A stretch of 64,000 bases of DNA from Macrostomum lignano (lineage: Eukaryota). Position numbers and translations under genes: made by a program. The stretch spans positions 124,001 to 188,000 of the forward strand of contig NIVC01000364.1 in the NCBI GenBank assembly GCA_002269645.1. Direction: 5' to 3'. Numbering within the stretch: the stretch's first letter is position 1; each line of letters opens with the position of its first letter. The notes under the pieces are model-generated. The model was not told the origin of the DNA. It made no database searches and was given only the letters and a program-made list of their open reading frames with translations. Positions 33,914 through 45,013 of the stretch are shown here, piece after piece.

Positions 33914-34436
33914 AGTACAAAAACACTGCTAAATTCAATGTATAGTGTGCAGTATAAACTCTCGTATGAATACTTTCGATTAAAGTACAAAGCAGTTTAC
34001 AAAACAAACAACATAGAGATTATAAAAGTACATAAAAAAGTGTACACTAGAGGCCTTACTAAGATATAGTCTCTCATCTGGAACCTCGCTAAGATCTCGA
34101 GACCATTTTCATCCGGACTCGAAAACAACTCGAATATCGATGATTAAAAAACAACTTGCTCGTGAAGTTGGCTTTGTTCAATGATTTCTCTTACTTTTTT
34201 GTTGGCTAGATTCTTGGCCTACGTAAAGTGCTCAGGCTACTTGGAGTAGCATTGTGCAAATAAGTAAATTAATATTAATCCAATGCTAATCCCATTCAGT
34301 TTAGCTATATTTATTTAAAAGTACAAATTAACCAATTAAGTAAAAGTTACTGCCGACAAGAATAAGCTTTGTTGCACACAGATGCATTACTACTGACATT
34401 AACAATGACTATGCAGTCATATGCGTTACATTAGTA

Positions 34437-34844
34437 TCACACAGCCATCGGGGCTTTGAACTCGTGGCCGCTGAGCGTGGATAGGCACTTCTTTTCCCTG
34501 TCGCACAGGTATTCGCCAGCGCAGCGCAGCGCCAGTTTGATGTTGTCTATGGGCACTCGGCGCTCTCTCTCTTCGTCGGTAAGCGCGAACACGTGATTCA
34601 GCACCTCGCTATAATAGAATCGCTCCTGGTTGCCTACGCAACAGATGCCAAAACAGGCTATTAATATTCTTGCCAGGGCCATCATGCTGACTATGGCAAC
34701 GATCAGGTTGCCAGTGTAAACAAATAGAACTCGTTCGGTGCTGCTGATACGAAAAGTTGGCCGCTCGGTAGCAATTGGTGAGGCATGTCCAGGACAGGCC
34801 AGGAAAAGTAAAGACAGCGGAATTAGCGAGAGATAACTGCGCAT
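34437..34844 (-). CDS. Orphan 135-aa single-pass membrane protein (signal peptide plus one TM helix)
   Basis: Single-exon non-repetitive GC-elevated ORF in AT-rich surroundings. Signal MRSYLSLIPLSLLFLACPGHA; TM LFVYTGNLIVAIVSMMALARILIACFGICCV. Confidence 0.6.
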   Translation of the reverse strand: MRSYLSLIPLSLLFLACPGHASPIATERPTFRISSTERVLFVYTGNLIVAIVSMMALARILIACFGICCVGNQERFYYSEVLNHVFALTDEERERRVPIDNIKLALRCAGEYLCDREKKCLSTLSGHEFKAPMAV

Positions 34845-36668
34845 GGCACCTGACTAATGCTAGTTCCTCATCATCTGCGCTTCATCTGAGCTTGCGCTCG
34901 CAAAAATTCAATCAATGTACCACAGACGAAAAACAATCACATTAGAGTTATATATATATAATAATCGGGTTTCTTAAAAAACATTTTATGATTGTCTCTG
35001 CAATGCTACGTTATGAAAGTGCATTCGTAGAAGCTTGTTCAAGCTAGTGTAGGATAGTATCCATATTACACTTACGAGTAGGTAGATTGCAAATATAGTC
35101 ACCTAATGCTGTCTAATACACAAACGAGCTCTTAAGACAAAAAAATTAACTTAAGTATAAATAAGCCTATTTAATCCTAGTACTAATCCTAAGTTGAATA
35201 ATATACTGCTTGAACATAATGAAGTACGATATATATATGAAGTACAGCTACAGTATATTAGGACTCCCTATTCCTTATGGAGTTCAATTCTAGAAAAAAA
35301 GCCTTGTTCATTTGAAAAAAATCAAAAGTTTATGTATCACCTTTGAATGAAATTTAATTCATAATTTATAAACATATTACAGTGCGCAATAACTGTGTCT
35401 GTACATCTAATATCAAATAGCGGAATTTTCGACTATTTGCAGCCAAATCAGCCGCAGCTAAAGCATATTGGATTATATGCAGGACAGAAAAGCATTACCA
35501 AGTTCTTTTTAGCCAAATAAGTTAGCAATGTTTCGCCATAAAAAATCCTATTATAAGTAACATCTTTACGATTTAAAAAAGTCTCGCTATACCAAAGGTG
35601 TATATGTACATACATCCCATACGTCTATACTAAAATATACTGGTATATTTAAATCGTTTATGTATACTATACTCTTCAAAGAAAATTTGGAAGTGCACAA
35701 TGCTAAACGAGTTTTGGCTGTGACATGCAGCAATTATATCAATAAAATTTTCTAATTTCGCATGTTAAATTAGCTTAGAATCATAAATAATTGCTGCATA
35801 TTATAGCTGTTTTTTTACAGAATATAAAGTAAAAAAACAATAAAACTGGGAAAAAGCTGAAAAACAAGTTTTAATCCTTAAATATAGACCACGGAAAAAT
35901 GGTTTGCTATAACGGGTATTTCTACGAAAATCCAAACAATAAAAATTTAACAGTAAAAAATTTTTTCTTCACTTGAACTACTACAGCTACCGTTAGGAAC
36001 CAGTTAATTCGGCGACAGGTTGATTCGGCGACAACCAATTCGGCGACAAGTCAATCCGGCGACAGTCAATTCGGCGACATATGAGGGGGCGGTTAAAATA
36101 GGGCGGCAATTTGTCATCCATTGCGTTGAGTTCGCTTGTTTACTCCGTTTCTAAAATAAGACAGTGGTAAAGTCACACGACTGCTGTACAAAGAATAATG
36201 AATAAAGGGAACATAACATTAAGTTAGCTTTGTAAAATATAAATGTACAAAGCGAATATAAAAAGTAAAAATGAGCTATATTTGAGCGTACAGTCTTGCC
36301 CATCTAGCTAGTACATTATTATTGGATTCAATCAATAGAGTTTTTTGTCTATTGTGTGGTGATACATATTAGCTCAATATAAGAAGATAATAGTAGATAA
36401 TATAAAGTAGATTAGTAAATAAATTTATCGGCATGCGACATAGCCATAGCTAATGTTCATTTATTCTTTCATAATAAATGAAAATACCAAATAATATAAT
36501 AATGTGATTTTTATGCTGAGATTTTTGGGCTGATCCTACTTCAGATAACAAAATTCCCTATCATTTAAATCATGAGTAGCAGCTTAGAAATTGGCATCTC
36601 TTATACTAGTGTTGATGCAAAAGCTTGGACCCCCTACCAAAATGAAATTCTAGATCCACCACTAAGCA

Positions 36669-37056
36669 TATATATGGCAATGTCCTAGTTTCCCGCGTTA
36701 AATTATTTTGACCCAAAATTTGAAACCAAACAAAACAAACAAACAAGAGCAATTCTTCAAAAGCAAGTGTCAGCCTTCCTGAAAGTGGCTGCAGTTCCAT
36801 GAGTGAGTTGGCTATTAAATGATAGGTTTCCAGCCAATGCATAGTCAACTCAACATCAATTGTTAATAGCACCAGATCGCAGTGACTGATCTCAAGGTGA
36901 CAAAGGTTGCCCAATGGCCACAAATTGGCAGGAGGTACAATAGGCCTATTTACCAGCGCTTGAGGTCATCTAGCCATGATTTATATCCTATGCTAAAAAT
37001 ACAAAAATTGGGTCGAAATAATTTAACATGGGAAACTAGGACATTGCCCATATATA
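36669..37056. mobile_element. Candidate MITE with ~52-bp terminal inverted repeats and TA-rich ends
   Basis: 36669-36721 (TATATATGGCAATGTCCTAGTTTCCCGCGTTAAATTATTTTGACCCAAAATT) is the near reverse complement of 37003-37056; no coding capacity. Confidence 0.55.
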
Positions 37057-37529
37057 CTATAGTTAGGAAGGTGACACAGTCACACACATAATTTTTCAGG
37101 CAGGGATGCTTACCAGTTTGAAGTTATAAAATGATGCAAATGAAAATTAAATTAAAAAGTTTAAAAGTCTATATGGACTATTGAGATAAAATAATAGTAG
37201 TATGCTTTAGAAAGCACATAGACTATATTCTACAAAATAAATGAAATTTCTATGGGACTATGCACCTGGGCACCAAAAAAGCTAATAGGTCTACATTGCA
37301 GATTGGCTCAAAAAGAAGAAGACAAATGCATATAGAAGCAAAAAAGAAGGTAATAAACTAGGTTGCTCATTTTAGCTTTAAACTAGCAATCTTCGCCCCC
37401 CGGTGGGGGACATCTGGATAGAATCTCTGTTCTCTACAATTAACAAAAAGACAGCCAAAAAATCCTTCACAAATACAACAGACAAACTGCTCAAATGAAG
37501 TGAATTGCAATAAGAAATCTTCCCAAGAC

Positions 37530-37960
37530 CACAAGCATCCCCAAGATAGCAAGCATCCCCCAGATAGCAAGCATCCCCCAGATAGCAAGCATCCCCCAAG
37601 ATAGCAAGCATCCTCCAGATAGCAAGCATCCCCCAGATAGCAAGCATCCCCCAGATAGCAAGCATCCCCCAGATAGCAAACATTCCCCAGATAGCAAGCA
37701 TCCCCAAGATAGCAAGCATCCCCAAGATAGCAAGCATCCCCAAGATAGCAAGCATCCCTCAGATAGCAAGCATCCCCCAGATAGCAAGCATCACTCAGAT
37801 AGCAAGCATCCCTCAGATAGCAAGCATCCACCAGATAGCAAGCATCCCTCAGATAGCAAGCATCCCCCAAATTGCAAGCATCGCCCAGATAGCAAGCATC
37901 CCCCAGAAAGCAAGCATCCTCCAAATAGCAAGCATCCCCCAGATAGCAAACATCCACCAG
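37530..37960. repeat. 18-19-bp minisatellite (GATAGCAAGCATCCCCCA)n; a second array lies at 40615-40980
   Basis: Directly visible inside both Helitron-like copies. Confidence 0.95.
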
Positions 37961-38059
37961 ACAATAAGTAGCTAGAGCGACAATTTCCTTAGCTTTATAG
38001 TGGCTCCTTTAAATTGGCATGGCGCTTTATACCTTTACATTTGAAATTAGATATCTTGA

Positions 38060-39850
38060 ATGTTTGACATGGTGGCTCTTTTATGTTTGACATGGTGGCT
38101 CTTCTATGTTTGACATGGTGGCTTTTTAATGTCCGACATGGTGGCTTTTTAATGTTCGACATGGTGGCTTTTTAATGTTCGACATGGTGGCTCTTTTAGG
38201 TTTGAACCGGTGGCTCTTTAATGTTTGACATGGTGGCTCTTTAATGTTCGACATGGTGGCTCTTTTATGTTTGACATGGTGGCTCTTCTATGTTTGACAT
38301 GGTGGCTTTTTTAGGTTTGACATGGTGGCTCTTTTATGTTTGACATGTTGGCTTTTTAATGTCCGACATGGTGGCTTTTTAATGTTCGACATGGTGGCTT
38401 TTTAATGTTCGACATGGTGGCTCTTTTAGGTTTGAACCGGTGGCTCTTTAATGTTTGACATGGTGTCTCTTTAATGTTCGACATGGTGGCTCTTTAATGT
38501 TTGACATGGTGTCTGTTTTATGTTTGACATGGTGGCTCTTTAATGTTCGACATGGTTGCTCTTTAATGTTCGACATGGTGGCTCTTTTATGTTCTACATG
38601 GTGGCTCTTTAATATTTGACAAGGTGGCTCTTTAATGTTTGACATGGTGGCTCTTTAATGTTCGACATGGTGGCTCTTTTAGGTTTGAACCGGTGGCTCT
38701 TTAATGTTTGACATGGTGGCTCTTTAATGTTCGACATGGTGGCTCTTTAATGTTTGACATGGTGTCTGTTTTATGTTTGACATGGTGGCTCTTTAATGTT
38801 CGACATGGTGGCTCTTTAATGTTTGACATGGTAACTCTTTTATGTTTAATATGGTGGCTCTTTTATGTTCGACATGGTGGCTCTTTAATGTTCGACATGG
38901 TGGCTCTTTAATTTTTGAAATGGTGGCTTTTTTTGTTTGACATGGTGGCTTTTTAATGTTCGACATGGTGGCTCTTTTAGGTTTGAACGGGTGGCTCTTT
39001 TATGTTTGACATGGTGGCTCTTTAATGTTCGACATGGTGGCTCTTTAATTTTTAACATGGTGACTCTTTTATGTTTGATATGGTGGCTCTTTTATGTTCT
39101 ACATGTTGGCTCCTTTAGGTTTGAAATATTGGCTCTTTAATGTTTAACATGGTGGCTTTTCTATGTTCGACATGGTGGCTTTTCTATGTTCGACATGGTG
39201 GCTCTTGTATGTTCGACATGGTGGCTCTTTTAATGGTCGACATGGTGGCTCTTTAATGTTCTTCATGTTGGCTCTTTTATGTTTGACATGGTGGCTTTTT
39301 TATGTTTGACATGGTGGCTCTTTTATGTTCGACATGGTGGCTCTTGTATGTTCGACAGGGTCGCTCTTTTAGGTTTGAAATGGTGGCTCTTTAATATTTG
39401 ACAAGGTGGCCCTTTAACGTTTAACATGGCGGCTCTTTAATGTTCTTAATGGTGTCTGTTTTATGTTTGACATGGTTGCTCTTTATTGTTCGACATGGTG
39501 GCTCTTTAATGTTCGACATGGTGGCTCTTTAATGTTTGACATGGTAACTCTTTTATGTTTGATATGGTGGCTTTTTTATGTTCGACATGGTGGCTCTTTA
39601 ATTTTCGACATGGTGGCTCCTTTAGGTTTGAAATGGTGGCTCTTTAATGTTCTTAATGGTGTCGGTTTTATGTTTGACATGGTGGCTCTTCTATGTTCGA
39701 CATGGTGGCTCTTTAAAGTTTGACATGGTGGCTTTTTAATTTTCGAAATGGTGGCTGTTTTATGTTTGACAAAGTGGCTCTTTTATGTTCGACATGGTGG
39801 TTCTTTAATGTTCGACATGGTGGCTCCTTTAGGTTTGACATGGTGGCTCT
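38060..39850. repeat. 23-bp minisatellite (GACATGGTGGCTCTTTAATGTTC)n; a second array lies at 40985-42650
   Basis: Directly visible inside both Helitron-like copies. Confidence 0.96.
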
Positions 39851-40467
39851 TCTATTGCGCTTTTTTATGTTTAGCAGTTTTTTTGATTTTAAGGTGTTTT
39901 AATAAAAAAATTATTTTGCGCTTCTAAGATTCGAACCCAGGTCGCTACATTAGCATTCCAGTCTGTTCGCATCAGGGCTATCTCTTTTCAATTGGAGAAC
40001 ATGAATTGTGGCCCTTATAATTCAATTCTTACAGCAAGTCAATTGGAGTAAAAAGTTATGACATAATCAATTTCTCAGTCAGCCAGTATCAGTCTCACTT
40101 CAAGTTAGCAATATGGTTACGCAATTTAAATCATGTCGTATGTGCATTTCTTCGGCACTGTTTTCAACTTGTTGTGATGCAATCTTTATCACAATCGGAA
40201 TTCAGTCTGTCAGTTTTTTCTCTAGCATTCTTACAATGCATTTCAAGTCGAAAATTTGGCTTGACCTTTGCAAAAAAGCGTGTTTTTCGAATATTTAATC
40301 CCTTTAACATTGAGCAATTTCTTAGCCAAGATGCATGTACTGTGCCAGGAAAATTTCTGATCGAATGGTGCAAGTTTGAAGAAAATCGGTTGAGCCATTT
40401 TTTCTGAAATCAATCGCATACCCATATACATACATCCATACAGACAACTCATTTTTAGTATATAGGA

Positions 40468-43251
40468 AGCAATATTCGCCCCCCGATGGGGGACATCTAG
40501 ATAGAATCTCTGTTCTCTACAAGTATCAATAAGATGGCCAAACAAAGCCTTCACATAGTCAATAGAAAAACTGCTCAGATGAAGTGCAATGCAAAAAGAA
40601 AACATCCAAAGACAGCAAGCATCCCCCCAGATAGCAAGCACCCCCCAGATAGCAAGCATCCCCCCAGATAGCAAGCACCCCCCAGATAGCAGGCACCCCC
40701 AGATAGCAGGCACCCCCAGATAGCAGGCACCCCCAGATAGCAAGCACCCCAGATAGCAAGCACCCCCAGATAGCAAGCACCCCCAGATAGCAGGCACCCC
40801 CAGGTAGCAGGCACCCCCAGATAGCAAGCACCCCCAGATAGCAAGCACCCCCCAGATAGCAAGCACCCCCAGAGAGCTAGCACCCCCAGATAGCAGGCAC
40901 CCCCAGATAGCAGGCACCCCCAGATAGCAAGCACCTCCAGATAGCAAGCACCCCCAGATAGCAAGCACCCGCAGATAGCAGGCGACATGGTGGCTTTTTA
41001 CTGTTAGACATGGTGGCTCTTTAATGTTAGACATGGTGGCTCTTTAATGTTAGACATGGCGGCTCTTCTATGTTTGACATGGTGGCTCTTCTATTTTTGA
41101 CATGGCGGCTCTTTTATATTTGACATGGTGGCTCTTCTATTTTTGACATGGTGGTTTTTTAATGTTCGACATGGTGGCTCTTTAATGTTCTACATGGTGG
41201 CCCTTTAATGTTCGACATGGTGGCTCTTTACTATTAGACATGGTGGCTCTTTAATGTTCGATATGGTGGCACTTTAATGTTTGACATCATGCCAGATTTA
41301 TGTTTGACATGGTGGCTCTTTTAGCTTTGACATAATGGCTCTTTAATGTTTGACATGGTGGCTCTTTAATGTTCGATATGGTGGCTCTTTTATGTTAGAC
41401 ATGGTGTCTCTTTTAGGTTTGACATGATGGCACTTTTATGTTTTGACATGGCGGCTCTTTAATGTTTGACATGGTGGCTCTTTAATGTTTTACATGGTGG
41501 CTCTTTAATGTACGACATAATGGCTCTTTTATGTTTGACAATGTGGCTCTTTAATGTTTTACATGGTGGCTCTTTAATGTTCGACATGGTGGCTCTTTAT
41601 TTTCGACATGGTGGCTCTTTAATGTTCGTAATGGTGGCTCTTTAATGTTTGACATAAAGTCACATATATGTTTGACATAAAGTCACATATATGTTTGACA
41701 TAAAGTCACATATATGTTTGACATAAAGTCACATATATGTTTGACATAAAGTCACATATATGTTTGACATGGTGGCTCTTTTATGTTCGACATGGTGGCT
41801 CTTTTTAACATCTGACATGGTGGCTCTTCTATGTTTGACATGGTGGCTCTTTAATGTTTAACATGGTGGCTCTGTTATGTTTGACATGGTGGCTCTTAAT
41901 GTTCTTTATGGTGGCTCTTTTTTGTTCGACATGGTGGCTCTTTTTTGTGTTCTACATGGTAACTCTTTTATGTTTGATACGGTGGCTTTTTAATGTCTGA
42001 CACGTTGGCTCTTTAATGTTCGACAAAGTGGCTCTTTAATGTTTGACATGGTGGCTCTTAATTGTTTGACATGGGCGCTCTTTAATGTTCGAAATGGTGG
42101 CTCTTAAATGTTTGACATGGTGGCTCTTTAACGTTTCACATGGTGGCTCTTTAATTTTTAACATGGTGGCTCTTTGATGTTCTTCATGATATAGCTCTTT
42201 TATGTTACACATGGTGGCTCTTTAATGTTCGACATAGTGGCTTTTTAAGGTTTGAAATGGTGGCTCTTAAATGTTTGACATGGTTGCTCTTAAATGTTTG
42301 ACATGGTGGCTCTTTAATATTCTACATGGTGGCTCTTTTATGTTCGACATGGTGGCTCTTTAATGTTCTTCATGGTATAGCTCTTTTATGTTAGACATGG
42401 TGGCTCTTTAATGTTCGACATAGTGGCTTTTTAAGGTTTGAAATGGTGGCTCTTTAATGTTTGACTTTAAGTCACATATATGTTTGACATGGAGGCTCCT
42501 AAATGTTTGACAGGGTGGCTCTTTATGTTTGACATGGTGGGTCTTTTATGTTTGACATGGTGGCTCTTTAATGTTCGACATTGTGGCTCTTCTATGTTTG
42601 ATATGGTAACTCTTTTATGTTCGATATGTTGGCTCTTCTATGTTTGACATTGCGCTTCTTTGAAGTTTAGCAGTTTTGTTGTGTTTTAAAGGTGTTTTAA
42701 TAAAAACAATCTTTTTGCACTACTAAGATTCGAACCCAGGTCACTACATTAGCATTCTAGTCTGTTCGCATCAGGGCTATCTCTTTTCAATTGGAGAACA
42801 TGAATTGTGGCCCTTATAATTTATTTCTTACAGCAAGTCAATTGGAGTAAAAAGTTATGACATAATCAATTTCTCAGTCAGCCAGTATCAGTCTCAATTT
42901 AAGTTAGCAATATGGTTACGCAATTTAAATCAAGTCGTGTGTGCATTTCTTCGGCACTGTTTTCAACTTGTTGTGATGCAATCTTTATCACAATCGGAAT
43001 TCAGTCAGTCAGTTTTTTCTCTAGCATTCTTACAATGCATTTCAAAGTCGAAAATTTGGCTTGACCTTTGCAAAAAAGCATGTTTTTCGAATATTTAATC
43101 CCTTTAACATTGAGCTATTTCTTAGCCAAGATGCATGTACCGTGCCAGGAAAATTTCTGATCGAATGGTGCAAGTTTGAAGAAAATTGGTTGAGCCAATT
43201 TTTCTGAAATCTATCGCATAGCTACAGACATTTCGTTTTTAGTATATGGGA
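40468..43251 (-). mobile_element. Non-autonomous Helitron-like element, copy 2 (about 2.8 kb), head-to-tail with copy 1
   Basis: 5' A|TCCCATATACTAAAAA at 43251. The ~600-bp block 42650-43251 repeats 39860-40467. The 3' hairpin CCCCC-ATC-GGGGG and ...TTGCT abut the TC start of copy 1. Confidence 0.75.
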
Positions 43252-44234
43252 TATTAAAAATCTAAATTCTTAAAATTGACTCACATTATGCCATTTTATG
43301 GTAAGTTTAGAGCATTATTAATTACTAAGATATTACAATTTAAGGAAAAGCTAAGATGGATATGCTTGCCTCCTAAACTTTTAATTAAATGATAAGAGAA
43401 ATAAAAATCAGATAGAATATAAATTAAAAATTGAATTAAAATAGGCTGATAAGTAAGTAAAAATGACATAAAAAATTATTATCTTTTCTTTAAAATTTTG
43501 TTATACTATTTTCATTTTAACAAATACAAATACAGATGTTTATTATTATTGAAATGCTTAATGACTTATAGAAATAAAGCTGATATAAATATGTCTACTT
43601 TTATAACCATCATTTTCCTAATTAATTGCCATATTAATATATATATTTCTTGTTTAATCTTCTAATTTCTATTTATCTATCATGTTATATTAGGGTTATA
43701 CAGAAATATTTGATAAAATAAATTGTTTTTTATTTGTTTATTTATTTATATTTTTATAATGTTATTAAAATCATTATGTAAATATTTGCAATTATTTAAA
43801 TAGAAATATTTACTTTTTTGGTTGCTAGGTTAATAGCTAAATAAAGATCAGTTTCTATTTTTATATTTAAATTATAATTTAAATAAAAATATTCTATTCT
43901 ATTCTATTTCTTAAATATTAATATTCTAAATACTCTATTTTTATAATGTTTTTATTAAAAAATCATATTTTAGACTATCTTTAGTTTTTTAATTTTAATA
44001 GGGGCTTATATACCAAAAGGAGAAGTTTGAGTTGGCAATATTATCAACAAGTTTCTTAGGCCTAGTATTCAATCTATCAGTAATTCTTAAATTCTAAGCT
44101 AGCTAGGATCTTATGTAATAGCTATTATACATATTCTAGATTTCTTTGAATGGTTAAAATATAGTGTCATTTTTGTATCGACTAGGTTGCCAAATTATAT
44201 AAATCATTGAATAAAAGCTGGCATCAACCAAAAA

Positions 44235-44855
44235 GTTCAAAATAAAATAAAATATTAGCATCTTTATCCCATTCCTTTACATTGCTAAGCCTCGAACAAT
44301 AATTATTATTCTTCTTATAATAAATAATAATTATAAAATTAGTGATTTACATAAAATAATTATAGAACTTATAAAATTAAATTAAATAGTTAAAAACATT
44401 GCCCCAATTATATATTATGTAATAATATTTCTACATACTATGACAAAGAAATAAAACCTAGCATATATTCAAGCATCTTTCAACTGCCAGTATATAACTA
44501 TTGCCATTTTATGACATTTTGCTAATCTTTAGTAGGGTACTCATAAAATAAAATAAAATAAAATATTAGCATCTTTATCCCATTCCTTTACATTGCTAAG
44601 CCTCGAACAATAATAATTATTCTTCTTATAATAAATAATAATTATAAAATTAGTGATTTACATAAAATAATTATAGAACTTATAAAATTAAATTAAATAG
44701 TTAAAAACATTGCCCCAATTATATATTATGTAATAATATTTCTACATACTATGACAAAGAAATAAAACCTAGCATATATTCAAGCATCTTTCAGCTGCCA
44801 GTATATAACTATTGCCATTTTATGACATTTTGCTAATCTTTAGTAGGGTACTCAT
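44235..44855. repeat. 311-bp near-perfect tandem duplication in an AT-rich tract
   Basis: TATTAGCATC...TAGGGTACTCAT occurs starting at 44253 and again at 44564. Confidence 0.92.
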
Positions 44856-45013
44856 GATTTTTAGTCTATTGTATAGATCATTTTACATTTTTACATACAT
44901 TTCAGCACTCTTCCCTGGCATCAGTGTGGAGAGGATTGCTAAGTGTGGACCTGGGACCCTGAGCTAAACAGATCCTGAGAGTGCAGTTTGGCACCCAGCC
45001 AACCCTTAGACCC

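Larger units (their letters stand above)
37383..40467 (-). mobile_element. Non-autonomous Helitron-like element, copy 1 (about 3.1 kb)
   Basis: On the minus strand: 5' TCCTATATACTAAAAA; then a GTCTGT/ATGT stretch and the GGCTCAACCGATTTT core; 3' hairpin CCCCC-ACC-GGGGG followed ~11 nt later by CTAG|T. Internal 23-bp and 18-bp minisatellites. Confidence 0.75.

Noticed and set aside
39910-39975. Functional tRNA gene (also 42720-42785, 29200-29235 and 6700-6730)
   Set aside because: Only a B-box/T-arm is evident, with no complete cloverleaf; these are embedded in repeats and are better treated as tRNA-derived fragments.
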